Notes: generated from the sequence alone by a model not told the origin. A stretch of DNA of 64,000 nucleotides from Eledone cirrhosa (GCA_964016885.1 OZ024741.1:29760001-29824000); one strand, 5' to 3'. Positions 26,770 through 41,566 are shown, numbered from the stretch's first letter. A program made the numbers and translations.

Positions 26770-29700
26770 AAAACCCCGTGACCAAGAAATACTGGGATGG
26801 CGGCCGGAGGGGAATAGCCGTGTCTCTAGGGGAGGATGACCCGTCTAATTTGGTTGACACTCGTCCTAGAAGTGGTTACACGAAATGATTACCCCTTGGC
26901 GGTTAAGGATAAAACGCGACAAAATAAAGTAAATGTCAAATGATAAAATCTCATACCGGATCGACCGTCACCCGGGTTAAAAAGGGCCGCGTCCCTCAGA
27001 GAGGAACCAGACTGGAGTCGAAACATCAGCTAATGGTTCAAACCTTCCCATCACTTCGGAGCTGGAGACCTCCCGTAACCGGAATACTCCTACTGTTGGC
27101 CCTCCATGCTCACCACCAAGAAATCCAAAGAAAAAGAGAGAAAAATGGTCAAGGGAAGACAATAAAGAAGTCCTTGAGGCTTTCTACACTGCCATGTACT
27201 ACCCATCAAATAGATCGAATACGGAACAGACATATATCAACTGGAAAAAGAAACATCCCGAAAACAGAGGCTATATTGACAGTAACAAACTAGCCAATAT
27301 ACGAAGAAATATTGTTAAAAAAAGTTACTAACAGATATAGAAATTGATCAGATCAAGCTATTAGCACAAAGTCAGCGAAGGGAAAATGAAACATGTGTCA
27401 GTGAAAACGAGGTAAATTGTAACACTTCGAACCCCAGGGTTGGGGCGGAATCACTGACAACAGAACAAATTAAAAAAGGATCGAGAAAGTGGAGGGAGTG
27501 CATGCTCAAGATGAAACTCAAAATGAAAACAATGAGATCGTGAATGATAAAGAAATGAATGAGAATGAACTTGCCAACTTGAAGGATGAAATTATGATCG
27601 AATGGATGAAAATGAAAGAATCTGACATGGGGGAACGAGACACTCTCCCTAATATCCAGAACTCCAAACAGAACCAAAAGATAATACACAAGACTAACAT
27701 AATTTTGAAAGACATTATCATCACAAACAAACTAAACATTACTGATTTAAATCATCTCTATTATGCATCGGCTAAACTCACCACTCACTTATGTGGAGTG
27801 AAAATGAAAAAACAAAGGAATTCCCACAAGAAATCTACTTGGCAAGAGAACATCAATCGCCAAATAAACCTTCTCCGATCTGACATAGACATTTTAACAA
27901 ACTACAAAGTAGGTGAACATGTTAAACAAACTAAACTTAGAAAATGGAAAAAAAAATGCAGTATAAAATCAACAAGTGACATAGACATGCTGATAGAAAT
28001 AATCAAGCAAAAAGTGTCGGCCAAAGCTGCTCGTATAAGGCGCTTTGAAAAACGATCTAGATTCTATAAGGACAATAATATGTTCAAAAACAACCAAAGA
28101 AACTTCTACAGAAAAATTGGCAAGTCAACAATAACTGCTAAATCAATACCACCCAAGGAGGAAGTGTAAGAATTCTGGGAAAAGATCTGGACCGAAGAAA
28201 AAGTTCATAATATACATGCCCCATGGATAGACAGACAAATGAAAGATACAACTCACCTTGAAGAACAAATATGGGAAAATATAACAGTTGATCAGTTACG
28301 TTTGGCTCTTAGAAAAACCAGCAAATGGAAATCCCCAGGAAAAGACAAACTACCAAATTTTTGGATAAATGCCTTCACAGAGTCACATAAGCTGTTAGCC
28401 CAACTTTACAATGAAATAGTTAAGGAGCCAGAAAAGATACCATCATGGCTAGTTAACGGTATTACATTCCTGCTTCCGAAGAATGATGAGACAAACAATC
28501 CCAAAAATAACAGACCGATAGCTTGCTTGACCACAATGTCTACAATTTTAACATCAGTCCTAACTGAATATACATATGACCACCTGATAACAAATGATCT
28601 ATTTCCCAATGAGCAGAAAGGATGTAAACGAGGCTCATATGGCTGTAAGGATCAGCTTTTGGTTAACAAAATGATACTGGAAGTTGTCATAATAGACACA
28701 AAAATCTATCAATTGCTTGGATAGATTATAAAAAAGCATTCAATGGTTTGCCACACAGTTGGATTGTAAACGTTTAGAGATTTTCAAAATATCTCCCGTT
28801 GTCAGGAGCTTCCTGTCATTCAGTATGACGACATGGAAAACGACACTCCTTTTGAATAGTGAAAAAGAATCACTGGAAGCTGGAGAAGTTAATATTAATT
28901 GTGGAATTTTTCAGGGTGACTCTTTATCACCGCTTTTATTCTGCATCGCACTTATACCATTAAGTAAAATGCTCAATGAAACAAAACATGGATCTAAAGT
29001 CTATGACAAAACCATTAATCACTTGTTCTACATGGATGACCTGAAACTATTTGCAAAAAATGATGAACAATTGCAAGGGCTATTATCCACTCTGGAGCAT
29101 TCAGTGATGACATAAAAATGGAGTTTGGACTAGATAAATGCGCCAAAGGAATGTTCACCAGAGGAAAGCTGCTGAAAAGTTCAGACATTAATCTTGATCG
29201 GGGGAACGTGATAAGAGAACTTGATCAAGAAAAAACTCACAAATATCTACGTGTTTGTGAAGGAGACAGAATCAAGCACTCGACAATGAGGGAAAGGATA
29301 AGGAAGGAATGTTACCGCAGAGTAAGAACAATCTTAAGAACGGAATTGAATGTAAGGAATAGGATCGATGCCATAAACACCCTTGCCATACCAGTAGTAA
29401 TCTACAGTTACAATGTCATCAACTGGTCAAGCACAGAGATCTGTAGGCACGATACAAAAATTTGAAAATTCTTAACCGTGCACAGAATGCATCACCCTAA
29501 GGCAGATATAGATAGAATATATCTCCCTAGGAAAGAAGGGGGAGGTGGATTAATCCAGTTAGATATTGCGTTGAAACCTGCAACATTGGATTATCTACAT
29601 ATCTAAGAGAATCACATGATTGGATGATCAAACTTGTTTTGAAACACGAAAGCATCAAAAGATCATACTCCATTACAAAAGATGAACACAGATACAATAA

Positions 29701-30753
29701 TGGACTACAAATTTCAGAAGTTCCATTTACTACTGAAATGGAAAACACAGAAGAAGCAAAGCAGGTAAAAGTAACTGCAAAGGAAGAACTGCTACAGAAA
29801 CTGGCTAAGAAATGGCAAGAAAAGCCTATGTATGGAAAATACCCAGAAAGAGCTAACAATCCTGATGTTGACAAAACTTTAACCCATCAGTGGTTGGCAT
29901 CCTCTGGACTGAAATCGGAGACTGAAGGACTGATTATATCAGCACAAGATCAGTGTCTGCCAACAAAAAATTACCAAGCCAACATAATAAAAAATGGATG
30001 CAACCCATTATGCCGTTTATGTAAAAAAACAACCAGAGACCATTGATCATATAATTTCAATGTGCAGTCCTATAGCTCCAACCGAATACCTAAACAGGCA
30101 TGACAGAGCTGCACAATACATTGGATAATGTGTAAGCATTTTGACCTGCCCCATCAAAAGAATTGGTGGGAGCATCAACCACCTCCCATACTTGAAAAAG
30201 ATCACATCTCAATCTTATGGAACTTTAGCATCGAAACAGACCTAAAAATAGATGATATAATACTGAATAGACCTGATATAATACTGAAGGACTTTAAAAA
30301 GAGGGTATGCTTGCTAATTGATATGTCCGTGCCAATAGACAAGAATATATCTATAAAAAACATTTGAAAAATTGAGCAAGTATAAGGACCTGGAGATAGA
30401 AATTGGAAAAATGTGGAAATTGAGAACTAAAACAATACCAGTGGTTGTAGGCGCTCTAGGAATGATACCTAATGGGTCTAATGATTACTTATCGCAAATC
30501 CCAGGAAAGCCGCGTATAGGAGAAATACAAAAGATAGTACTAATGGGAATTTCCCATATACTAAGGAAGATTCTGTCAAATTAAGTACATCACAAGTCTA
30601 AACACCTAAAGATGCATGTGTGTGAATGTATGTTCTTTCTTGAACATGGCGGACCTTGTTGTCTCTTGAGGTCACTGGTTGTGACTTGGTGATAACTCGT
30701 ATGAACTTAAAGCAAGATAAATCAACTGTAATAATAATACTAATAATAATAAT
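26770..30753 (+). mobile_element. R4/Dong-clade non-LTR retrotransposon (single ORF: RT, CCHC, restriction-like endonuclease), disrupted
   Basis: WKSPGKD, RPIACL, EQKGC, GIFQGDSLSPLLF, HLFYMDD, GLKSETEG...AQDQ, CRLC and RPDI...IDMSVP...KYKDL. 3' (TAA)n tail. The 5' end is approximate. Confidence 0.9.
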
Positions 30754-30870
30754 TGTTTCTACTTTAGGCACAAGGCCAGCAATTATCGCAGTACATTACT
30801 GGTACTTTATTTTATCGACCGCGTAAGGATGAAATGCAAAGTTAAACTCGGCGGGATTTGAACTCAGACA
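30752..30870 (-). mobile_element. SINE, partial copy
   Basis: Matches the 9232-9423 family. Confidence 0.7.
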
Positions 30871-31381
30871 ATAATAATAATAAAGTAAGCAACACAGTAC
30901 AATGAAGAAATATATTGGTTTAACGCTTGAAATAGTAGGAAAATAGGGCCTGACTTTTCGGACCATAGTCAGCAGAAGATAGAATAAGAAATAAAACATG
31001 AAATAGAAAGATAGAGAGAAGAGGAATGAACGGAAAACAAATTGAGAAAAAACACGTCAGCCATTTTGGAGAAATACTGCTTAGTGTGTAGATTAGGTAT
31101 TAGAGAGGTTTACAAAGTGAGATAGTAGTTGCATATTGAGTGGACCCGTGTGGGTGCGTACGTGAGTACGCGTGTGTGTGTGTGTATGTGTGCGTGCATG
31201 TCTATGTGTATATGTGTATGTTTGTGTGTGTATCTCTCTGTGTGTATCACTGTGTGTGTGTATCTCTGTGTGTGTATGTGTGTGTGTTTGTCTGTTTGTG
31301 TATGAATGTGTATGTAAATGTATGTATGTTTGTGTATGTGGGTATGTCTGTATGTGTATGTGTATATATGTGTGTGTTAGT

Positions 31382-31423
<42 letters not shown>

Positions 31424-31755
31424 TTGTGTGTGTGTGTGTGTGTGTGTATGGCTGTGTGCAGGTTTGTTCGTTTGTCTATGCAAATCTGTGAAGGATGGCC
31501 GTTGAACCGTAACGGAGCTGGCTGCTGGTGTAGATGTATGAGCCAGCCCGCACGTGGGAACTGAGCAACGAGGCGAGGTGTAGAAATATGTATAGAAAAT
31601 TATAGGTATACACACACCCACACACAAACAATCACACACACACACACACACACGCATACACACGCACTCACACACACACACCCATACATACACACACACA
31701 AACACACACAAACACACACACGCACACACACACACAGACAAACACACACACGCAT

Positions 31756-31807
<52 letters not shown>

Positions 31808-31849
31808 GCATACACAGAGAGTGAGAGAGAGAAAGAGATAGATAGAAAG

Positions 31850-31939
<90 letters not shown>

Positions 31940-32129
31940 TCGCAAGATGTTGCAGAGAAAAGGTGGCAGTAAATATGATCGTATGTTTGTCCATTTCGTG
32001 ATAATGACTTGATATTCTTTAATCATCAATTAATTTACAATGTGAGTCACGTGATTGTCTCCCTCACCATCCTGCGGAGAAACACCTTCTCTATTTTGTC
32101 CGCGGGGTGGCCAGTGAGAGGGCCGCTAT

Positions 32130-32335
32130 TTGCCCATAGTGGAGAGAGCAGGTGAGACAGAGGCAGTGACAGTAGAAGTTCCATTGTATCAGTCCGCGAC
32201 TAACCCAGGTTCTGCTGCACGTCGGTCTAAGGAGGTCAAACTCTTCAAATACCGGTCGCTATCCGACAGGTTTGCGGTTGCACCCTTGGCAGTGGAGACT
32301 TCTGGTAACTCCCTACTCACCACCATAGGCGCTGA
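32130..32335 (+). mobile_element. Fragment of the restriction-like endonuclease domain of a non-LTR element
   Basis: PGSAARRSKEVKLFKYRSL...PLAVETSG matches the K..KY...P.AVET.G RLE pattern. Confidence 0.55.
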
Positions 32336-32829
32336 ATGGTACTAATTTGAATTACCAGAACTGTAAATATGAGCGAAACAAGTAAACATTAAACAATCTT
32401 TTAAATAAATTAAAATACAATTTAAATATTTACCTCTTCTAGTGGCATGACCGACGGTTTCGCTTATCAGAAGATTGGAAATTCAGAGAATTTCCAATGG
32501 AAAGATATAGATCTTCATATAGCTTTTCCAAATCTACTAGACATAAGTCCGTATAGATGTAGATATATCACCCTCTGCCCAGTGAGTGAATCAAGCCGTT
32601 AAAATGACCCACACACTTATTGGACCGTTAAAAAAAGCGGGAATTATAGACTCGCTGATATTTGATGCTGCAAGAAATAGCAGCATGATAAAGCATTTTT
32701 TTTCTCTACATTAAGGAGAATTAGATAAATGATATAGATATCCCAGTAGGTACTAGGTACTAATGGAAATATAAATGGTGTCTATAATATCTACATCTAT
32801 ACGGACTTATGTCTAGTAGATTTGGAAAA

Positions 32830-32909
32830 GCTATCTGAAGAACTATATCTTTCCATTGGAAATTCTCCGAATTTCCAATCTTTTGATAAGCGAAACCGTC
32901 GGTCATGGC
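32830..32909 (+). ncRNA. Type I hammerhead ribozyme with long stem II
   Basis: GCTAT-CTGAAGA-actatatc..attggaaattc.gaatttccaat..gataagc-GAAAC-cgtcg-GTC-ATGGC. Confidence 0.78.
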
Positions 32910-33293
32910 ACTAGAAGAGGTAAATATTTAAATCGTATTTTAATTTATTTGAAAGATTGTTTAATGTTTACTTGGTCCGCTCATATTTACAGTTCTGGTA
33001 TCTCAAATTAGTACCACAGAACAGCCACTATTATAGACACCATATATATTTCCATTAGTACCTAGTACCTACTGGGATATCTATATCATTTATCTAATTC
33101 TCCTTAATGTAGAGAAAAAAATGCTGTATCATGCTGCTATTTCTAGCAGCATGAAATATCAGCGAGTTTATAATTCCCGCTTTTTCTAACGGTCCAATAA
33201 GTGTCTGGGTCATTTTAACTGCTTGATTCATTCACAGGGCAGAGGGTGATACATCTACATCTATACGGACTTATGTCTAGTAGATTTGGAAAA

Positions 33294-33373
33294 GCAATCT
33301 GAAGAGCTATATCTTTCCATTGGAAATTCTCTGAATTTCCAATCTTTTGATAAGCGAAACCGTCGGTCATGGC
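33294..33373 (+). ncRNA. Type I hammerhead ribozyme, second tandem copy
   Basis: GCAAT-CTGAAGA-gct...agc-GAAAC-cgtcg-GTC-ATGGC. A third, core-mutated copy lies on the minus strand at 32444-32523. Confidence 0.78.
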
Positions 33374-33443
33374 ACTAGAAGAGGTAAATATTTAAATCGT
33401 ATTTTAATTTATTTGAAAGATTGTTTAATGTTTACTTGTTCCG

Positions 33444-33496
<53 letters not shown>

Positions 33497-33512
33497 TAAA
33501 AATACAGATTAA

Positions 33513-33563
33513 AGTTTCAGCAAAGAATCGCTGCTTTCACCCTTAACGGGATCTTCTGAAACT
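33513..33563 (-). ncRNA. Hammerhead-like motif, family C
   Basis: AGTTT-CAGAAGA-t-ccc-gttaa-ggg-t-GAAA-gca..tgc-TG-AAACT. Confidence 0.5.
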
Positions 33564-33605
33564 ATCGAGCCCGCTTTGGATTTTAGTCTTCAAATGTATT
33601 ATTAT

Positions 33606-33681
<76 letters not shown>

Positions 33682-33764
33682 GTTATTCCGGGTTGAATCG
33701 GAAATAACCACAGTAAGTAAGGTACACAATACATAGCAGAGTATAAAAGTTTTAATATAGATGA

Positions 33765-33813
33765 GATTCTACAGGACTAGAACTGTTTCATTCTTTAGAA
33801 ATCATCAGGAAGA
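33765..33813 (-). ncRNA. Minimal hammerhead, family A
   Basis: TTC-CTGATGA-tttctaaagaat-GAAAC-agttctagtcct-GTA-GAA. Confidence 0.7.
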
Positions 33814-34524
33814 CCGGACAAATCAAATCAGACAACACTCGCCTCCTACGTTTGGGACCTCAAAAGGAACTCCACCCCCTTCACGCTTAAATGGAAAATA
33901 CTCCAGAAAGCGCGCTCTTACAACGGAGGACACAAGAGCTGCGACCTTTCTATTTCAGAGAGCTACGAAATTTTATTCGCCAAGGGCCCGCTACTGAACA
34001 AACTCTCTGAACACTGCCCGAACTGCATGCACAAGAACTTTGCAACTTTCAAACACTTTAAGCCAGTGTTAAAGCCCGATGGCTAAAAATGACCTCCCCC
34101 TATTGGCCCCCTATACCTCCTCCCAACCTTACCCCCACCCCTCCTCAACCTGAAATACGGCCACTATGGTTATGTGAGTACCTCCTCCCTATCTACATTT
34201 TCTGCCTGTAGAGGTGTTTTTATGTGCCTGCGTATATGCGTATATTTATTGAGTACTTATTTATTTGTATGTGTATATATTTGTATGTGTATATATTTGT
34301 CTGTATGTGTGTATATGTATGTGTATGTGTGTATATATATATATATATGTATGTGTGTATATGTGTTTTATGTGTGTATATTTATGTATGTATATGTATG
34401 TATATATGTATATATATGTGTATATGTATATATATATATATATATATGTGTATATATATATGTGTGTATATATGTGTATGTATGTGTATGTGTATGTATG
34501 TATGTATGTATGTATATGTGTGTG

Positions 34525-34569
<45 letters not shown>

Positions 34570-34642
34570 TTCTGTATGTGTGTGTATGTGTGTGTGTATA
34601 TATATATATATATGTGTGTGTGGGCAGGTGTGTGTATATATA

Positions 34643-34758
<116 letters not shown>

Positions 34759-34939
34759 CGTGAGAGAGAGTGTGTATATATATTTGTGTGTGTGTGTGTG
34801 TGTATGTGTGTATGCGTGTATATATATATATATATGTATATATGTGTGTATATATGCGTTATATGTCTGTATATATGTGTATATTTATGTATAGGTCTGT
34901 GTATGTATGTGTATATATATATATGTATGGATATATATG

Positions 34940-34993
<54 letters not shown>

Positions 34994-35883
34994 GGGAGGG
35001 TCATATTTGCGTAATATTGCCAGAATTAATAACAGAACCCACTCACTGTTTGGTTGGTTTTCGCTTCTCGCTGTCTTTTATATATATATATATCTGCGAT
35101 CTAACTTACTCGGTCCTCAATGTTGCCATTGACTGACCGGCGGTCAAAAATAATACAGATACAATATAGACACAAACACATATATATAGTTTACATAATT
35201 TACATAAATCTTTCGTTGCACATCTGCAACATCGTCAGTGGTGTTATATTCATTGTTCCTCCTGTTGTGTTGTATGTCTACGCCATTTTTTTTTGTTCAG
35301 TCTGTCTATATATTTATTTATTTATTTGCTTGTTTGTTTATCTTATTTTATTTTGTCTTCTTTGCGCATGCGTTTGCGTGTGTGTATAGTGTTATGTGTG
35401 ATGTGTGACTAGTGTGTATAGTGTTGTGTCTGCTGGGTGACTAGTGTGTGTTTATGTGCTTGTGTATGTATTTGTTTATCTTATTTTATTTAATTTTATT
35501 TACTTATTTATACTTCTCTTAGGTCAGTGTTGTTTGTTTGGGTGTTGTTGTTGTTCCACTCATTCTTTCTGTTTAGCTTTGGTCTTCTAATTTCTATTTC
35601 ACTGGCCTCTCTGATTTGCCTATCTGCTGGGTCATTCCTATGTTTAGATATTATTCTAATTTCTATGTTGTCTATGTTACCGTCATGTTGTTGTCTAGCA
35701 TGTTCGTATAGTACTGACCCGTTTTTTCGTCCTTTTAGTTCCCCCCGTGTTGGTCTATCCTTTCACCTATGCTACGAGCTGTCTCACCTATGTATGTTGT
35801 TGTCATGTTTCTGCAAGTACCCTCTGTACATCTTATGCTATAGACTACGTTTCTAGTTTTACAGTTTATCCGGGGGTTCACCT

Positions 35884-38109
35884 GACAGAGCAGACCAGAG
35901 GCCCAACAACTTGGGATAAAACCTGTAGAAGGCTTGGTTAGCCTCAAGCAGCGCACAAGGGATGGTGAGGTAGTGTGTCTACCCACAGATACGTCTGGTA
36001 GGATGTCAATAGATAGCATGCCGAACTACATCGAGGCAATGCAACCCCACATCACCAACACGAGCGAAGTTGCACAACTAACACACGATGGGAAAGAAAA
36101 AATCCTCAACGCTCACATGATGATGTGGACTGACATCCTAAAGCCAAGCAGACGCACTGCCAACAACTTACAGGCGTCTAACAATGGCATACCACCCTTG
36201 TATGGGCTCCGCAAAGACCACAAGACAGTCGACGACCCGACAACAGGACCACCAACAAGACCCGTATGCGGAGCTAATATAGCTAGCAACTACAGGATCT
36301 CCTACTTCCTCTCAATGGTTATACGCCCCATAATGAAGATGTCCCCAGATGTATGTGAAAGTACAGAGGACCTCCTCAGCAGAATCAGTGAGTGCAACAA
36401 AAACAGGAGCCTATCCAACTGCATAATAGGCAGCATGGATGTGGTGTCACTGTACCCATCCATTAACATTGATTTTGCTGTGAAAAGATGTGTGGAGATG
36501 ATCATTGAGAGTGAGGTGGAGTTCTGCGACTTCGACACAGACGAACTGGGCCTCCTAGTTAGACTTACCTACGACACTGACTACCTAGACAGCCATGACC
36601 TTAGATGTTTCTGCCCTAGTAGACCTATAAGAGGTAGACCCCCCACCATAACCTCAATGGCTAAAAAGACTCCCATAGGAAGGTGGATTGGGTGGACCAA
36701 AGCTATACGGACCCCCCAAAACACTGATCAGGTAAGAAAAATGGTCGCACATGCAATAGGGGCTAGTATCAAAACTACCCTAAAGGGCCATATATTTTAG
36801 TTCAATGAGAAAATCTACACCCAAAATGAGGGAGCAGCCATCGGCGTCGGCATAGCTGGTGATGTTGCCAACCTTTTCATGGTATGGTGGGAAAGGAGAC
36901 TTAAAGATCTCCTTAATGAAAGCTCCATAGACCTCATCATGTACTCTCGTTATGTAGACGATATCAATATAGTTATAAGAACACCCCCACTAGAGAGCAC
37001 TAACAAGTTTGATTTAGAACGTAGCACGATGGAAAGCATCCAGCAGATAGCTAATTCCATACACCAGAGTATAACTGTAACTATAGACTTCCCTTCCAAA
37101 CACCCTAACAATAGACTACCTGTATTAGACACAGAACTCTGGATTAACACTATAGACGAGAGAGCCCAAATTCTCCACTCACACTATGCTAAACCCATGG
37201 CCTCCAAATACCTGATACTCAAAAACTCAGCAATGTCCAGTAGTGCTAAGTTTAATATTCTGATCGCAGATTTGGTACGAGTGATGAAGAATGTGTCCAG
37301 CATGTGCGACCCAACAGAAATGGAAGGACACATCCAACACTTCATCAACCGCATGCAGTTCTCTGGCTACAACCAAAGAGACAGAGTCAGAGTATACGAA
37401 GGAGCCATGGAAAAGTATAAGACCCTCATAGAACTGGACATGAAAGGAATTTTCCCACTATACAGGAGCAAATCATGGAATAGCTTAGATAGGGCTAGAC
37501 ATAAGATAGGGAAGGCCACATCATGGTACGACAACCAGAGATATCAGAGTGTCATGTTTGTGGACGCCACCCCTGGAGGGAAATTAGCTAACCAGTGTAG
37601 AAAGGCCCTGAGAAAGACCCACTTAAAAATAAAGGTGGTAGAAAAGCCAGGAACCACCATAAAATCCCTGATCAGCAAAACCTACCCTTTTAAGAAAACC
37701 CACTGTACTAATAGGAAATGTATCATATGTAAGGTGAACCCCCGGATAAACTGTAAAACTAGAAACGTAGTCTATAGCATAAGATGTACAGAGGGTACTT
37801 GCAGAAACATGACAACAACATACATAGGTGAGACAGCTCGTAGCATAGGTGAAAGGATAGACCAACACTGGGGGGAACTAAAAGGACGAAAAAAACGGGT
37901 CAGTACTATACGAACATGCTAGACAACAACATGACGGTAACATAGACAACATAGAAATTAGAATAATATCTAAACATAGGAATGACCCAGCAGATAGGCA
38001 AATCAGAGAGGCCAGTGAAATAGAAATTAGAAGACCAAAGCTAAACAGAAAGAATGAGTGGAACAACAACAACACCCAAACAAACAACACTGACCTAAGA
38101 GAAGTATAA
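35884..38109 (+). pseudogene. Penelope RT + GIY-YIG endonuclease, 5'-truncated, one stop (36798) and one frameshift (~37890)
   Basis: PPLYGLRKDHK, RPVC, SMDVVSLYPSI, GAAIG, YSRYVDD, LPVLD and CxxC...VVYSIRC...TYIGET. Confidence 0.92.
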
Positions 38110-38372
38110 ATAAGTAAATAAAATTAAATAAAATAAGATAAACAAATACATACACAAGCACATAAACACACACTAGTCACCCAGCAGACACAACACTATA
38201 CACACTAGTCACACATCACACATAACACTATACACACACGCAAACGCATGCGCAAAGAAGACAAAATAAAATAAGATAAACAAACAAGCAAATAAATAAA
38301 TAAATATATAGACAGACTGAACAAAAAAAAATGGCGTAGACATACAACACAACAGGAGGAACAATGAATATA

Positions 38373-38426
38373 ACACCACTGACGATGTTGCAGATGTGCA
38401 ACGAAAGATTTATGTAAATTATGTAA
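38373..38426 (+). ncRNA. Hammerhead-like motif in the Penelope pLTR (inverted copy at ~35190-35244)
   Basis: CTGACGA-t-gttgca-gatg-tgcaac-GAAA-gatttatgtaaatt. Stem II is strong and stem I is weak. Confidence 0.5.
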
Positions 38427-38813
38427 ACTATATATATGTGTTTGTGTCTATATTGTATCTGTATTATTTTTGACCGCCGGTCAGTCAATGGCAACATTGA
38501 GGACCGAGTAAGTTAGATCGCAGATATATATATATAAAAGACAGCGAGAAGCGAAAACCAACCAAACAGTGAGTGTGTTCTGTTATTAATTCTGGCAATA
38601 TTACGCAAATATGACCCTCCCCAAATATAACAATATCTGTTTCGACACACGATTTCATATAAAAAACCTCGCAAAACTATATATATATATATTTATACAT
38701 ATGCATGTGTGTATGTGTGTGTGTGTGTATATATGTGTATATGTGTGTGTGTATATATATGTGTGTGTATATGTATGTATATGTATGTATATGTGTATGT
38801 ATGTATATATATA

Positions 38814-38868
<55 letters not shown>

Positions 38869-38891
38869 ATGTGTATGTTTGTTTATATGTT

Positions 38892-38930
<39 letters not shown>

Positions 38931-39095
38931 GTATGTATGTATGTGTATATTTATTTATATATATATATTTATGTATATATATATATGTATATATATGTAT
39001 ATATATATATGTATGTGTGTATATATGTGTATGTATTTGTGTATATATGTATGTATGTGTATGTATATGTGTATATGTGTATGTATATGAGTGTA

Positions 39096-39147
<52 letters not shown>

Positions 39148-39173
39148 GAGCTTTTTCCTCATATATGTGTATA

Positions 39174-39226
<53 letters not shown>

Positions 39227-39307
39227 GTGTGTGTGTATGTATATGTATATATTTGTTTATGTATATATATATATATATATGTGTTTGTGTGTATGTGTGT
39301 GTATATG

Positions 39308-39357
<50 letters not shown>

Positions 39358-39518
39358 CTATGTGTCTTTATGTGTATATGTATACACATGTATATTTGTG
39401 TTTGTATGTATGTGTGTGCGTGTATTTTTATATGTGTATATATGTATGTGTGTGTGTATATATATGTATGTGTGTGTGTATATATATGTGTGTGTGTATA
39501 TATATATTTTTTTTTATG

Positions 39519-39549
<31 letters not shown>

Positions 39550-40131
39550 ATGTATATGTATGTATATGAATATATTTATATATATATGTGTGTGTGTTTT
39601 TATGTGTGTATATGTGTATGTGTATGTGTGTTTATGGTTGCGCGTGAGTGTGTGAGTGAGTGTTTTTTTGTGAATGTGACTGTTGATTTTTGGCATATAG
39701 TTGATTAGTTTAAGAGAAGTTCGAAGATAATTGTAAGATATGCACTCAGTATTTTGAATCTGTCTACAGAATTCTCTAAACCTTTGTCACTTAGTAGAAC
39801 CTTAATGATTTTAGCTTTTAAAGAATCTCCCTTTTCTTTAATTCTTTCTACCATGACTGACCCCCCACTGATCTTATAGACATCTGTTAGCTTAAGAGAA
39901 ACTTAATGACAAGGAATCGTATGCCATCCGGAACCTGTTTATAGAATTCTGTCTGCCTCTGTTACTCTAAAAACATAAATAAATAAAAATAAAAATGAAC
40001 TATAGCTTTGTAGAATTAGCTTTTAATGAATTCCCTTTTCTATCAACCAATGACCTACACCCATCCCACTCCCCACCCCCTCCTACCACTTGTAGAGACC
40101 TATAAATACCATTTTTATTTTTTGATACCCA

Positions 40132-40180
40132 GATTCCTGATGATTTCTAAAGAATGAAACTGTTCTAGTCCTGTAGAATC
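40132..40180 (+). ncRNA. Minimal type I hammerhead ribozyme, family A
   Basis: GATTC-CTGATGA-tttctaaagaat-GAAAC-tgttctagtcct-GTA-GAATC. Stem I covaries with the 12411 copy. Confidence 0.82.
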
Positions 40181-40195
40181 TCATCTATATTAAAA

Positions 40196-40245
<50 letters not shown>

Positions 40246-40735
40246 CACATATACATATATATATTTTTAGTAGATACAGCACGTGTTACTGGCCAGTCGC
40301 TGATTTGAACTTAATGCGTAAACACAGGCAGCTGGACTTCTTCCTTGTTGAAAATCCAAGTATCGGCATCCATGATTTACCATTCGATTAATTGGTGAAA
40401 TATATTTCTTTAACGGAATATATACAGGGAAGATTATTCATATTATAAGGTATCTATTTTTGAAGTTCCAGTAAACTTTATTTAGTTACCTACCTAGCTA
40501 TGTGTGCTTGAACACTTGTAAAAATTATCCCCTGTGATTGTTTCATATGTTTATTTATATGTTAATCAATTTCTAGTTGTTATAAAATGCTCGGACTTAT
40601 TCATTAGCATCTTGGAGCTTATTTTACGGGTGATATTGCGCATGCCTTGTAGATTAAATTCATTTTGATTTATCTTAATTTTGTATATATATATATATAT
40701 ATATATACATAAAGATGCAAGTTGTCTCTCTCTTG

Positions 40736-40790
<55 letters not shown>

Positions 40791-41566
40791 CTCTCTCTCT
40801 CTCACTCTCTCTCTCTTTCTTACTCCGTAATCCAACGGCTTATTTAAATCTACTCTCATTTAAAAATATCCCATACTAATTTACATATTAGTATAAATAA
40901 ATTTATAACCTCACTATCTGGGAGCTTCCAACAGTAATGGTCGCATTCTTTAAGGGTATGTCAATATTTATTTATAAAACTGGTCTATATTATATTTTAG
41001 CTGATGAAAGCACACCATAATTTAACTTGGTGTCCTTGAAATATGTATAATGAAATAAATATGATTTTATAAATATAGTTTCCATTTGTTAATATCGTAT
41101 TTTTACTCCAATTATTTGTTGAGTGCTTTATATCAGTTATAATAATATTTGCTTGTTGTATCCCAACAATTTAAATAGAACTTCTACATATATACATATA
41201 TATATGTATATATATATATATTTATATATCACATTTTATTCACAATTGTAATTATTGTGATCAGGCGCGTTGATCGAATTTCTCACATTAGAGTCATCTT
41301 GAAACTAGTCCTTTGCTCCTAGGATTGGCTAAGTTACCAAACGCATGTTTATTTCATATATTCGATCTAATTTTATTTGTAGATTTTGTTGAATAAACAC
41401 TGTTACCAGCACAACCGTTTGATCACCAGAGTTACAAGAACTACACATTGTAAGATGTGATAATAACCTCTAGGAAAATCACGTTCACATTCACTGTACT
41501 TCATTTCCTTTTCTTTGCCACTCCGTTTCTCTCTCTCTCTCTCATTATATAATATATATATATATA

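Larger units (their letters stand above)
32339..33448. mobile_element. Retrozyme-like array: ~1.4 direct copies of a 464-bp monomer preceded by an inverted, circularly permuted monomer
   Basis: 32789-33252 is repeated at 33253-33448, and 32339-32788 is the reverse complement of the permuted unit. One HHR per unit. Ends in (TA)n. Confidence 0.8.
34986..38676 (+). mobile_element. Young Penelope-like element with ~898-bp inverted 5' pseudo-LTR, inserted in (TA)n
   Basis: 34986-35883 is a near-perfect reverse complement of 37732-38629. A ~47-bp tail is present only at the right end. Confidence 0.92.

Noticed and set aside
26775-26900. Possible HDV-like ribozyme at the 5' end of the R4/Dong element
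   Set aside because: GC-rich and partly self-complementary, but I could not assemble the nested double pseudoknot by eye. It needs a descriptor search.
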